Positions 26,619-43,303 of a stretch of DNA of 64,000 bases are shown piece by piece. The first letter of the stretch is position 1. Each line of letters begins with the position of its first letter. Both the position numbers and the translations under genes were made by a program. The notes under the pieces are model-generated. The model worked only from the letters and a program-made list of their open reading frames with translations. It made no database searches and was not told the origin of the DNA. Source of the stretch: Eledone cirrhosa (Eukaryota); the NCBI GenBank assembly GCA_964016885.1, contig OZ024756.1:16988001-17052000 (forward strand), in the 5' to 3' direction.

Positions 26619-27664
26619 CGAAGTGTGTTTTATAAATTTTGACATAACCAAGGATAATAACCAAGGAAAGTATGTATAAAGAGAGAGAGAAAGAGAGAGA
26701 GATATGTATATTTCTGTATGTGTGTATGAATATGTGTATATTTGTGTATGTATGTACCCCTGTCCCACTACCCCACCCCATCCACACCACCCCCTTCAAT
26801 GTGAAGTTATGTTGGTACCACAACATCGAGTCCGAAACAAATGAGGTTGTGTAGGTGTCACGACAAAAAAACACACAGTCCACGCTGTAAAGTGGCCATG
26901 TAGGTAACACGGTAAAAACCTCCCAGTCTACACTGTAAACGTGGTTGGTGTTAGGAGGGGCATCCAGCTGTAGAAAACCTGCAATCTTGCCTCAAGTGGG
27001 AAAACTCCCGTCCAAACCCATGCAAGCGTGGAAGATGGACGTTAAACGATGATGATGATGATGATGATGATGTAGTGTGCGTGTGTGTGTGTGTCATCAT
27101 TTTTGCATATTCTTTACAGTCATATTGCTTGGACGTATATGTGTGAAATACATGCGTGTATGTATGTGTGTATGTATACTTATACGTATGTGTGCATATA
27201 TGTATGTTTGCATGTGATTGTGCATAAATATGTGTGTATACATATATGTATAAATGCGTGTGTTAATACACATATATTTAGGGTGTGTATGCATATATAC
27301 TCTGGTTTCGCCGCCCACCCCGACGCACCCACTTATTAATTTTTCAGATTTTTTTCCACCAACCCCTGCTCTTATTCCACTCCACCCTGTTAATTAAATG
27401 TTGTTAATCTATCTCCGGAATGATTTTATTTTAAGTGGTTGCATTCCTGTGACAATTAATTTTCTTTAGACATTGAAAAAAACACAAAAAAACATTCTAT
27501 ATGACAAAAAAATACTAGAAATCTCATGTTATAAAATAAATGGGGTGGGTTGGGGCCTAACTATGTAAACTAAACGACTAATTCTGGTTTTCAAATAAAT
27601 CAACAGAGACAACCTGGAAAAATTACCAATCCCCTGCTTATTCCACACCCTATTTGTGACCCAA

Positions 27665-29475
<1,811 letters not shown>

Positions 29476-29567
29476 ATAATATCGTATTTTTACTCCAATT
29501 ATTTGTTGAGTGCTTTATATCAGTTATAAAAATATTTGCTTGTTGTATCACAACAATTTAAATTGAA

Positions 29568-29638
<71 letters not shown>

Positions 29639-29783
29639 CGAAGGAATTGTGGTAAGGAACCAGATGGACCATAACGCACCAAAGTACTCAATACTTAGGG
29701 TAGTAGAGGGGGTAATAGGAACAAGTAGGACCCCGACGGCAGAGCTCAAGCCGTTTCGACGGCTATTTCAAGAGTCCAGAAAT

Positions 29784-29983
29784 NNNNNNNNNNNNNNNNN
29801 NNNNNNNNNNNNNNNNNNNNNNNNNNNNNNNNNNNNNNNNNNNNNNNNNNNNNNNNNNNNNNNNNNNNNNNNNNNNNNNNNNNNNNNNNNNNNNNNNNNN
29901 NNNNNNNNNNNNNNNNNNNNNNNNNNNNNNNNNNNNNNNNNNNNNNNNNNNNNNNNNNNNNNNNNNNNNNNNNNNNNNNNNNN
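29784..29983. other. Assembly gap (200 N)
   Basis: Run of N. Confidence 1.
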
Positions 29984-30030
29984 CTCTCTTCCTTTTACTC
30001 ATTTGTCCATATATATATATCTTTTTTTCA

Positions 30031-30099
<69 letters not shown>

Positions 30100-30144
30100 C
30101 TTTTACTCATCTATCCATATATATATATATATCTTTTTTTCATG

Positions 30145-30190
<46 letters not shown>

Positions 30191-30239
30191 AATCTTTTAC
30201 TCATCTGTCTATATATATATATATATCTTTTATTTCATG

Positions 30240-30302
<63 letters not shown>

Positions 30303-30385
30303 CTTTTACTCATCTGTCTATATATATATATATATCTTTTATTCATCTCTCTCTCTCTCTATATATATAATATTTTATTCATCTG

Positions 30386-30437
<52 letters not shown>

Positions 30438-30756
30438 TTTACTCGTCTGTCTCTCTCTTTCTCTCTCGTTTATATATTTTCTAGTCGTTCTTTTCTCTCT
30501 CTATCTCTGCGTCTCTATGCATGGTGTCACACTTACCCTATCTACATATCTACGTACATCCTAGTATATGCTCTCTATAATTTGTCTCTCTCTTTCTTTC
30601 ATATATTTTCTAGTCGTTCTTCTTACTCTCTCTCTCTCACACACACTCACACACACACATTTTATACATTTTCACTCTCTATCCACTCTTTTAATGCTAC
30701 TCTTTTTCAATATCTTTATCGTCTGTCAATTCTCCCCTCCTACCAACCCCTTCGTA

Positions 30757-30787
<31 letters not shown>

Positions 30788-30934
30788 CAGACAGACACAT
30801 TCACAGACACACACACACACACATATATATATACACAAACAAATGCATTACTATCACCATCTCCACCTTCCTCTTATCATCCCTCCTTCGTCTCGTCGTT
30901 CCCACCTCACATCCTCTCAATGCCTCACACTAAC

Positions 30935-30973
<39 letters not shown>

Positions 30974-31081
30974 CTTACTCGCTCACATTTCATAATTAAC
31001 ATTACAGAAGCTTAATGTATTTATATTACACTTAAAAGTACACGAAGCCCCTTTGTCAGTGAAAGAAGGAAACAACTCCTA

Positions 31082-31125
<44 letters not shown>

Positions 31126-31189
31126 CGATACCAAAGTCATATGTTCAAGGACGCCACACACAGACGGCGAAACAGCACTTATAAATACA

Positions 31190-31850
31190 CCATGTCTATC
31201 GTAACACATACACACACACACACATACAGAGACCATGGGCTATACATGTCTATCGTAACACACACACTCACACACACACACACACACACATACACATACA
31301 GAGACATGGGCTATACATGTCTATCGTAACACATACAGAGACCATGGGCTATACATGTCTATCGTAACACACACACTCACACATACACACACACATACAG
31401 AGACATGGGCTATACATGTCTATCGTAACACACAGACTCACACATACACACACACATACAGAGACATGGGCTATACATGTCTATCGTAACACACACACTC
31501 ACACATACAGAGACATGGGCTATACATGTCTATCGTAACACACACACACTCACACATACACACACACATGGGCTATACATGTCTATCGTAACACACACAC
31601 ACTCACACACACACACACATACATACAGAGACATGGGTTATGCATGTCTATCGTAACACACACACACACACTCACACACACTCACACACATACACATACA
31701 TACAGAGACCATGGGCTATGCATGTCTATCGTAACTCACACAGATACAGAGACATGTTCTATACCTGTCTATCGTGACCCTCCCTACACATACTAACACA
31801 GATACACACACAGAGGGTCATGGGCTATTCAAAACCATGTTATCGTAACA
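31190..31850. repeat. Minisatellite of gagacatgggctatacatgtctatcgtaac cores with (CA)n spacers
   Basis: About 12 copies; the core holds the inverted repeat agacatg...catgtct. Confidence 0.85.
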
Positions 31851-32265
31851 TACACATGCACAGAAGCCTGAACTGTGTCTGCGTGTGATTAAGGAGGTCG
31901 CTCAGTAACCATAAGGTTCCGGTTCAATCTCACTGTGTGCCATCTTGAACAAGTATCTTTTACACCAATCCCGACCAAAGCATTGCGACAGACATCAGGG
32001 TGGAGGAAAACTGCCTGTCAGATTGGGTGGGCCCCATCGCGTACCAATACATTAGTTAAATACCATTCTTTCATCTGATACAACACAATAAAGACTAAAG
32101 TGTTTAATAAAAAAATAAATAAAAAAAAATAATAAAAAATCTGTAATCTAAGAGGGAGCTTTTTTACACACTAGGATATTTTGCAAGGCGGCTGAGCTCT
32201 TGCCTAGAGTTCTGAACTAGTTGTTGAAACGGCAAGACCTCAGCCATCGTGGTCCTGAATCTTTT

Positions 32266-32362
<97 letters not shown>

Positions 32363-32507
32363 CCAAAGATTAATATGGTTCGTTGATTACTCAATGAATA
32401 CAATTTTACAATAGATTAAAAGCACTCAACAATAGAGTTTTCCTGGAGTTTTTAATATTATTCAAAATATTAACAAATGAAAGATATTCACATAATCAAA
32501 ATATATG

Positions 32508-32571
32508 CTTTATTATATATATTTCAAAGGTACTGTGTTGTTTTTTTTCAGTACGTCTTCATCAGATAAAA
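32508..32571 (-). ncRNA. Type I hammerhead motif (H2), left arm of a fold-back
   Basis: uuuuau-CUGAUGA-agac GUACUG..CAGUAC cuuu-GAAA uauaua UA^auaaag. Confidence 0.72.
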
Positions 32572-32625
32572 TATATGATTTGATATATGACATACCGCTA
32601 CGGTCTTGATTATACAATTCATATA

Positions 32626-32689
32626 TTTTATCTGATGAAGACGTACTGGAAAAAAACAACACAGTACCTTTGAAATATATATAATAAAG
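32626..32689 (+). ncRNA. Type I hammerhead motif (H2), right arm of a fold-back
   Basis: ttttat-CTGATGA-agac gtactg..cagtac cttt-GAAA tatata TA ataaag. Confidence 0.72.
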
Positions 32690-32734
32690 CATATATTTTG
32701 ATTATGTGAATATCTTTCATTTGTTAATATTTTG

Positions 32735-32790
<56 letters not shown>

Positions 32791-33661
32791 CCTCAACAAA
32801 CAGTAGAAAAGTATGTGTATATATGTGTGTGTATGTGCATGTGCATACATTTATATGTATGAGTATATAAATATAAACGCGCAAATCCAGACACAATTAC
32901 AAAAATACACACTCATAGACATACATTCACACAAACACACACATACATTCACACAAACACACACATACACTCACACATATCATAGCAAATGGAACGCCGG
33001 CCGGTGTTTTGCTATAGCTTTTTCACCATCCCCTTCCTTCCTTTTATACACATACATTCACACAAACACACAATGTGTGACGGACGGACGGAAGTCGCTC
33101 AAATTTATATACAGACTGTCACACTGATTCTGCCTAAGAATTTACGTTAAGGATACACGTGTCTATGGAATACTGAATCTGTTATAGGTTAATCCACGTG
33201 TTGGACGTTCTGTTGATCCAACAACTGTCTGATGTTCATCGTGGAAACTGACGGAGGATCCACCTGGTCCATCGTAAAATAAATATACAGAAAGAGAGAG
33301 GGGGGAAGAGAGAGGGGGAAGAGAGAGGGAGACACACACACATACACTCACTTAAGAAAAAGCCCCCCCCCCCCACACACACATTTGACATCGTCGTTAC
33401 TCCGAGTTTCGCGTTCCCACATCATGATACGATGAAATAAAAAAAAAGCATGATCCTCCGTCAATTTCGACGATAAGTGTTGCGGAACGAAAGATCTACT
33501 CGACGAATTAACGTCCGAGTGGGTGAGTACTGAAGACATGCTTCGGGGGAGGGGGAAGGGGTGATTAAGCTCGATACAACGTATGATAAGTCTAATGCTT
33601 TGAATTAAAAATACACTTCACCCAACAGTTTCTATTTAGTCAATTTTATTCACAAGACATG

Positions 33662-36600
33662 ACTAGACCCCGGTATTATGGTAAAATACACCTTCCCAAG
33701 ATACCAAGCAATGGTAGACACGACCCAGGTAGTATGGTAAAATACACCTTCCCAAGATACCAAGCAATGGTAGACACGAGCCAGGTACTATGGTAAAATA
33801 CACCTTCCAAGAATACTAAGCAGAGGTAGACACGAGCCAGGTACTATGGTAAAATACACCTTCCCAAGATACCAAGCAATGGTAGACACGACCCAGGTAG
33901 AATGGTAAAATACACCTTCCCAAGATACCAAGCAATGGTAGACACGAGCCAGGTACTATGGTAAAATACACCTTCCAAGAATACTAAGCAGAGGTAGACA
34001 CGAACCAGGTACTATGGTAAAATACACCTTCCCAAGATACCAAGCAATGGTAGACACGACCCAGGTAGTATGGTAAAATACACCTTCCCAAGATACCAAG
34101 CAATGGTAGACACGACCCAGGTACTATGGTAAAATACAACTTCCCAAGATACCAAGCAATGGTAGACATGAGCCAGGTACTATGGTAAAATACACCTTCC
34201 CAAGATACCAAGCAATGGTAGACACGAGCCAGGTACTATGGTAAAATACACCTTCCAAGAATACTAAGCAGAGGTAGACACGAGCCAGGTACTATGGTAA
34301 AATACACCTTCCCAAGATACCAAGCAGTGGTAGACACGAACCCGGTACTATGGTAAAATACACCTTCCCAAGATACCAAGCAATGGTAGACACGAGCCAG
34401 GTACTATGGTAAAATACACCTTCCAAGGATACTAAGCAGAGGTAGACACGACCCAGGTACTATGGTAAAATACACCTTCCCAAGATACAAAGCAATGGTA
34501 GACACGACCCCGGTACTATGGTAAAATACACCTTCCCAAGATACCAAGCAATGGTAGACACGAGCCAGGTACTATGGTAAAATACACCTTCCAAGGATAC
34601 TAAGCAGAGGTAGACACGACCCAGGTACTATGGTAAAATACACCTTCCCAAGATACAAAGCAATGGTAGACACGACCCCGGTACTATGGTAAAATACACC
34701 TTCTCAAGATACTAAGCAATGGTACGGACACGACCCAGGTACTATGGTAAAATAAATCTTCCAAGGATACTAAGCAGAGGTAGACACGAGCCAGGTACTA
34801 TGGTAAAATACACCTTCCCAAGATACCAAGCAGAGGTAGACACGACCCCGGTACTATGGTAAAATACACCTTCCCAAGATACCAAGCAATGGTAGACACG
34901 ACCCCGGTACTATGGTAAAATACACCTTCCCAAGATACCAAGCAATGGTAGACACGAGCCAGGTACTATGGTAAAATACACCTTCCCAAGATACCAAGCA
35001 GAGGTAGACACGACCCAGGTACTATGGTAAAATACATCTTCCCAAGATACCAAGCAATGGTAGACACGAGCCAGGTACTATGGTAAAATACACCTTCCCA
35101 AGATACCAAGCAGTGGTAGACACGACCCCGGTACTATGGTAAAATACACCTTCCCAAGATACCAAGCAATGGTAGACATGAGCCAGGTACTATGGTAAAA
35201 TACACCTTCCCAAGATACCAAGCAATGGTAGACACGACCCCGGTACTATGGTAAAATACACCTTCCCAAGATACCAAGCAATGGTAGACACGAGGCAGGT
35301 ACTATGGTAAAATACACCTTCCCAAGATACCAAGCAGAAGTAGACACGACCCAGGTACTATGGTAAAATACACCTTCCCAGGATACCAAGCAATGGTAGA
35401 CACGACCCAGGTACTATGGTAAAATACATCTTCCCAAGATACCAAGCAATGGTAGACACGACCCCGGTACTATGGTAAAATACACCTTCCCAAGATACCA
35501 AGCAATGGTAGACACGAGCCAGGTACTATGGTAAAATACACCTTCCCAAGATACCAAGCAGTGGTAGACACGACCCCGGTACTATGGTAAAATACACCTT
35601 CCCAAGATAACAAGCAATGGTAGACACGAGCCAGGTACTATGGTAAAATACACCTTCCCAAGATACCAAGCAGAGGTAGACACGACCCCGGTACTATGGT
35701 AAAATACACCTTCCCAAGATACCAAGCAATGGTAGACACGACCCAGGTACTATGGTAAAATACACCTTCCCAAGATACCAAGCAGAAGTAGACACGACCC
35801 AGGTACTATGGTAAAATACATCTTCCCAAGATACCAAGCAATGGTAGACACGAGCCAGGTACTATGGTAAAATACACCTTCCCAAGATACCAAGCAGTGG
35901 TAGACACGACCCCGGTACTATGGTAAAATACACCTTCTCAAGATACCAAGCAATGGTAGACACGAGGCAGGTACTATGGTAAAATACACCTTCCCAAGAT
36001 ACCAAGCAGAAGTAGACACGACCCAGGTACTATGGTAAAATACACCTTCCCAGGATACCAAGCAGAGGTAGACACGACCCAGGTACTATGGTAAAATACA
36101 TCTTCCCAAGATACCAAGCAGTGGTAGACGCGAGCCAGGTACTATGGTGAAATACACCTTCCCAAGATACCAAGCAGTGGTAGACACGAGCCAGGTACTA
36201 TGATAAAATACACCTTCCCAGGATACCAAGCAGAGGTAGACACGACTGCGGTACTATGGTAAAATACACCTTCCCAGGATACCAAGCAGAGGTAGACACG
36301 ACCCAGGTACTATGGTAAAATACATCTTCCCAAGATACCAAGCAATGGTAGACACGAGCCAGGTACTATGGTAAAATACACCTTCCCAAGATACCAAGCA
36401 GTGGTAGACACGAGCCAGGTACTATGGTAAAATACACCTTCCCAAGATACCAAGCAGAGGTAGACACGACCCCGGTACTATGGTAAAATACACCTTCCCA
36501 AGATACCAAGCAATGGTAGACACGAGCCAGGTACTATGGTAAAATACACCTTCCCAAGATACCAAGCAATGGTAGACACGACCCAGGTACTATGGTAAAA

Positions 36601-39600
36601 TACATCTTCCCAAGATACCAAGCAATGGTAGACACGAGCCAGGTACTATGGTAAAATACACCTTCCCAAGATACCAAGCAGAAGTAGACACGAGCCAGGT
36701 ACTATGGTAAAATACACCTTCCCAAGATACCAAGCAATGGTAGACACGACCCAGGTACTATGGTAAAATACACCTTCCCAAGATACCAAGCAGAGGTAGA
36801 CACGACCCAGGTACTATGGTAAAATACATCTTCCCAAGATACCAAGCAATGGTAGACACGAGCCAGGTACTATGGTAAAATACACCTTCCCAAGATACCA
36901 AGCAGTGGTAGACACGACCCCGGTACTATGGTAAAATACACCTTCCCAAGATACCAAGCAATGGTAGACATGAGCCAGGTACTATGGTAAAATACACCTT
37001 CCCAAGATACCAAGCAATGGTAGACACGACCCCGGTACTATGGTAAAATACACCTTCCCAAGATACCAAGCAATGGTAGACATGAGCCAGGTACTATGGT
37101 AAAATACACCTTCCCAAGATACCAAGCAATGGTAGACACGACCCCGGTACTATGGTAAAATACACCTTCCCAAGATACCAAGCAATGGTAGACATGAGCC
37201 AGGTACTATGGTAAAATACACCTTCCCAAGATACCAAGCAATGGTAGACACGACCCCGGTACTATGGTAAAATACACCTTCCCAAGATACCAAGCAATGG
37301 TAGACACGAGGCAGGTACTATGGTAAAATACACCTTCCCAAGATACCAAGCAGAGGTAGACACGACCCAGGTACTATGGTAAAATACATCTTCCCAAGAT
37401 ACCAAGCAATGGTAGACACGAGCCAGGTACTATGGTAAAATACACCTTCCCAAGATACCAAGCAGTGGTAGACACGACCCCGGTACTATGGTAAAATACA
37501 CCTTCCCAAGATACCAAGCAATGGTAGACACGACCCCGGTACTATGGTAAAATACACCTTCTCAAGATACCAAGCAGAAGTAGACACGACCCAGGTACTA
37601 TGGTAAAATACATCTTCCCAAGATACCAAGCAGTGGTAGACACGACCCCGGTACTATGGTAAAATACACCTTCCCAAGATACCAAGCAATGGTAGACATG
37701 AGCCAGGTACTATGGTAAAATACACCTTCTGAAGATACCAAGCAGAAGTAGACACGACCCAGGTACCCTGGTAAAATACATCTTCCCAAGATACCAATCA
37801 GTGGTAGACACGACCCCGGTACTATGGTAAAATACACCTTCCCAAGATACCAAGCAATGGTAGACACGACCCCGGTACTATGGTAAAATACATCTTCCCA
37901 AGATACCAAGCAATGGTAGACACGAGCCAGGTACTATGGTAAAATACACCTTCCCAAGATACCAAGCAATGGTAGACACGACCCAGGTACTATGGTAAAA
38001 TACACCTTCCCAAGATACCAAGCAGAAGTAGACACGACCCAGGTACTATGGTAAAATACATCTTCCCAAGATACCAAGCAATGGTAGACACGAGCCAGGT
38101 ACTATGGTAAAATACACCTTCCCAAGATACCAAGCAGTGGTAGACACGACCCCGGTACTATGGTAAAATACACCTTCTCAAGATACCAAGCAATGGTAGA
38201 CACGAGGCAGGTACTATGGTAAAATACACCTTCCCAAGATACCAAGCAGAAGTAGACACGACCCAGGTACTATGGTAAAATACACCTTCCCAGGATACCA
38301 AGCAGAGGTAGACACGACCCAGGTACTATGGTAAAATACATCTTCCCAAGATACCAAGCAGTGGTAGACACGAGCCAGGTACTATGGTGAAATACACCTT
38401 CCCAAGATACCAAGCAGTGGTAGACACGAGCCAGGTACTATGATAAAATACACCTTCCCAGGATACCAAGCAGAGGTAGACACGACCCCGGTACTATGGT
38501 AAAATACACCTTCCCAGGATACCAAGCAGAGGTAGACACGACCCAGGTACTATGGTAAAATACATCTTCCCAAGATACCAAGCAATGGTAGACACGAGCC
38601 AGGTACTATGGTAAAATACACCTTCCCAAGATACCAAGCAGTGGTAGACACGAGCCAGGTACTATGGTAAAATACACCTTCCCAAGATACCAAGCAGAGG
38701 TAGACACGACCCCGGTACTATGGTAAAATACACCTTCCCAAGATACCAAGCAATGGTAGACACGAGCCAGGTACTATGGTAAAATACACCTTCCCAAGAT
38801 ACCAAGCAATGGTAGACACGACCCAGGTACTATGGTAAAATACATCTTCCCAAGATACCAAGCAATGGTAGACACGAGCCAGGTACTATGGTAAAATACA
38901 CCTTCCCAAGATACCAAGCAGTGGTAGACACGACCCCGGTACTATGGTAAAATACACCTTCTCAAGATACCAAGCAATGGTAGACACGAGGCAGGTACTA
39001 TGGTAAAATACACCTTCCCAAGATACCAAGCAGAAGTAGACACGACCCAGGTACTATGGTAAAATACATCTTCCCAAGATACCAAGCAATGGTAGACACG
39101 AGCCAGGTACTATGGTAAAATACACCTTCCCAAGATACCAAGCAGTGGTAGACACGACCCCGGTACTATGGTAAAATACACCTTCCCAAGATACCAAGCA
39201 ATGGTAGACATGAGCCAGGTACTATGGTAAAATACACCTTCCCAAGATACCAAGCAATGGTAGACACGACCCCGGTACTATGGTAAAATACACCTTCCCA
39301 AGATACCAAGCAATGGTAGACATGAGCCAGGTACTATGGTAAAATACACCTTCCCAAGATACCAAGCAGTGGTAGACACGACCCCGGTACTATGGTAAAA
39401 TACACCTTCCCAAGATACCAAGCAATGGTAGACATGAGCCAGGTACTATGGTAAAATACACCTTCCCAAGATACCAAGCAATGGTAGACACGACCCCGGT
39501 ACTATAGTAAAATACACCTTCCCAAGATACCAAGCAATGGTAGACACGAGGCAGGTACTATGGTAAAATACACCTTCCCAAGATACCAAGCAGAGGTAGA

Positions 39601-41772
39601 CACGACCCAGGTACTATGGTAAAATACATCTTCCCAAGATACCAAGCAATGGTAGACACGAGCCAGGTACTATGGTAAAATACACCTTCCCAAGATACCA
39701 AGCAGTGGTAGACACGACCCCGGTACTATGGTAAAATACACCTTCCCAAGATACCAAGCAATGGTAGACACGACCCCGGTACTATGGTAAAATACACCTT
39801 CTCAAGATACCAAGCAGAAGTAGACACGACCCAGGTACTATGGTAAAATACATCTTCCCAAGATACCAAGCAGTGGTAGACACGACCCCGGTACTATGGT
39901 AAAATACACCTTCCCAAGATACCAAGCAATGGTAGACATGAGCCAGGTACTATGGTAAAATACACCTTCCCAAGATACCAAGCAATGGTAGACACGACCC
40001 CGGTACTATGGTAAAATACACCTTCCCAAGATACCAAGCAATGGTAGACACGAGGCAGGTACTATGGTAAAATACACCTTCCCAAGATACCAAGCAGAGG
40101 TAGACACGACCCAGGTACTATGGTAAAATACATCTTCCCAAGATACCAAGCAATGGTAGACACGAGCCAGGTACTATGGTAAAATACACCTTCCCAAGAT
40201 ACCAAGCAGTGGTAGACACGACCCCGGTACTATGGTAAAATACACCTTCCCAAGATACCAAGCAATGGTAGACACGACCCCGGTACTATGGTAAAATACA
40301 CCTTCTCAAGATACCAAGCAGAAGTAGACACGACCCAGGTACTATGGTAAAATACATCTTCCCAAGATACCAAGCAGTGGTAGACACGACCCCGGTACTA
40401 TGGTAAAATACACCTTCCCAAGATACCAAGCAATGGTAGACACGACCCCGGTACTATGTTAAAATACACCTTCCCAAGATACCAAGCAGTGGTAGACACG
40501 AGCCAGGTACTATGGTAAAATACACCTTCCCAAGATACCAAGCAATGGTAGACACGAGCCAGGTACTATGGTAAAATACACCTTCACAGGATACCAAGCA
40601 GAGGTAGACACGACCCAGGTACTATGGTAAAATACACCTTCCCAAGATACCAAGCAATGGTAGACACGACCCCGGTACTATGGTAAAATACACCTTCTGA
40701 AGATACCAAGCAGAAGTAGACACGACCCAGGTACTATGGTAAAATACATCTTCCCAAGATACCAAGCAGTGGTAGACACGACCCCGGTACTATGGTAAAA
40801 TACACCTTCCCAAGATACCAAGCAATGGTAGACACGACCCCGGTACTATGGTAAAATACATCTTCCCAAGATACCAAGCAATGGTAGACACGAGCCAGGT
40901 ACTATGGTAAAATACACCTTCCCAAGATACCAAGCAGTGGTAGACACGAGCCAGGTACTATGGTAAAATACACCTTCCCAGGATACCAAGCAGAGGTAGA
41001 CACGACCCAGGTACTATGGTAAAATACATCTTCCCAAGATACCAAGCAATGGTAGACACGAGCCAGGTACTATGGTAAAATACACCTTCCCAAGATACCA
41101 AGCAGTGGTAGACACGAGCCAGGTACTATGGTAAAATACACCTTCCCAAGATACCAAGCAGAGGTAGACACGACCCCGGTACTATGGTAAAATACACCTT
41201 CCCAAGATACCAAGCAATGGTAGACACGAGCCAGGTACTATGGTAAAATACACCTTCCCAAGATACCAAGCAATGGTAGACACGACCCAGGTACTATGGT
41301 AAAATACATCTTCCCAAGATACCAAGCAATGGTAGACACGACCCAGGTACTATGGTAAAATACACCTTCCCAAGATACCAAGCAGAAGTAGACACGAGCC
41401 AGGTACTATGGTAAAATACACCTTCCCAAGATACCAAGCAATGGTAGACACGAGCCAGGTACTATGGTAAAATACACCTTCCCAAGATACCAAGCAGAGG
41501 TAGACACGACCCCGGTACTATGGTAAAATACACCTTCCCAAGATACCAAGCAGAAGTAGACACGACCCAGGTACTATGATAAAATACACCTTCTCAAGAT
41601 ACCAAGCAATGGTAGACACGACCCCGGTACTATGGTAAAATACACCTCAAGATACCAAGCAATGGTACGGACACGACCCCGGTACTATGATAAAATACAC
41701 CTTCCCAGGATACCAAGCAATGGTAAACACGACCCCGGTACTATAGTAAAATACACCTTTCAAAGATACCAA
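33662..41772. repeat. 56-bp satellite array, about 145 copies (8.1 kb)
   Basis: Unit ccaggtactatggtaaaatacaccttcccaagataccaagcaatggtagacacga(c/g). Confidence 0.98.
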
Positions 41773-43152
41773 TCTCGCATCAGCATCAGTATGAAAGGAA
41801 CTTTTTAACCATCAAATCATGCTACAATATGGCTGAAGGTTTTAACAAATGGTTTCTGATTTGGGCACAAGGCCAACAATTTTGGAGGAAGAAGCAAGTC
41901 GATTAAATCGACCCAGTGCGTTACTGGTCCTTTATTTTATCGACCCCGCAAGGCTTTAATAAATACAACGTGAATATAGGTGTTATATATTTGGTTAACA
42001 CAAGGCTTATAAATACTGAGATTCTAATATCTATGCCGAATAATAAGGGAAAAAGTTGACGTATAAGAGAAGAAATGGAATATAAGTGAAAGAAGAAATA
42101 AATGTGTCCTGGTAAAAGATGTAAGCAGAGGGAGTCAACCGATTTACCGACGCTATTTGTTACTCTCACCATTCGAAATACAGTGAAGCGGTGAAAGACT
42201 AAAGAAGAACAGATCTGACTGTAAAGGGAAGGACTCTCCAACAGCAGCCTGGTAGTCAACCACTGGTCTGTCAATTATATTGATGGCCTCCCCACAGCCC
42301 CGGCGGACAGAATGAAGAAGGCGTTTCCTCGGAGGACGGCAAGGGAGACGCACTGGAAGAGCCATTCCAACTCGCGAGGCTCACACCTGCGCAGCTCAGC
42401 GCCTATGTCCGTAACGCAGTAGAGATGACTGAGGAAGGGATGATTACATCGACCGAGGAAGGAAGGGGTGTGCTTGTATCACTTGTGTGAGTGAGCGCGA
42501 AAGAACCAACAAAAATTTCTTTTTTATATTATGTATAGATATTACAATTAGCCGTAATTTTTTTTTTACGGCACGGGGACAGCTAGTTTACGTATAAGAC
42601 TTGAAATAAATGATAGGGCACGACAACAAGACTTGGAGGCAGAGAGAGAAAGAAGAGCAGAGCAGAGAGAAGGGAACAGACAGAAGGGGCAGAGAGAAGG
42701 GAGCAGACGGGGGGGGGGCAGAGAGAGGGGAGCTGACAGAGGGAGCAGAGAGAGGGGAGCTGACAGAGGGAGCAGAGAGAGGGGAGCAGACAGAGGGACA
42801 GAGAGAGAGATGGGGCAAAGAGAGAGGGGAGCAGACAGGGGGGGGGGGGGAGTAGAAAGGCATAAAAATAAAACAAAAGAAAGGAGAAAGAAAGCTGAGA
42901 TAGTAACAGGTTAGATCGTTGGCTGAACTAGGAGATACCAGTGGATATAATTAGCTACGATAGAAAATTTACGGAGAAAAGGTAGGTTCATTAGAGGGAA
43001 GTGTGAAAAGGAACAAGAAAGTAGTTTTATGATTATGCAATTAATTAAGAGAATGTGTTGGAGTTTAGGAAGGGAATGAAGACAGAGAAAACGAGTCTGA
43101 GAGTAATATAAAGGGAATGATAAAGGCATGGTGATGCGGAGGGAGTCATAAA

Positions 43153-43303
43153 GTGTACCCCCTGGCATTCGCGGTCCCGGTTATTCGCGGAATTTTCCTT
43201 AGAACGTTATGTTTTGACGTTTATAGACATTTTTATGGACGATGACCTTTATTCGCGGCTGCTCTGTGAACGTAACCGTCGCAAATACCGGGGGATAACT
43301 GTA
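43153..43303. mobile_element. Tigger/pogo-like MITE
   Basis: gtaccccctggcattcgcgg ... gtcgcaaataccgggggataactgta are imperfect TIRs ending in TA. Confidence 0.5.
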
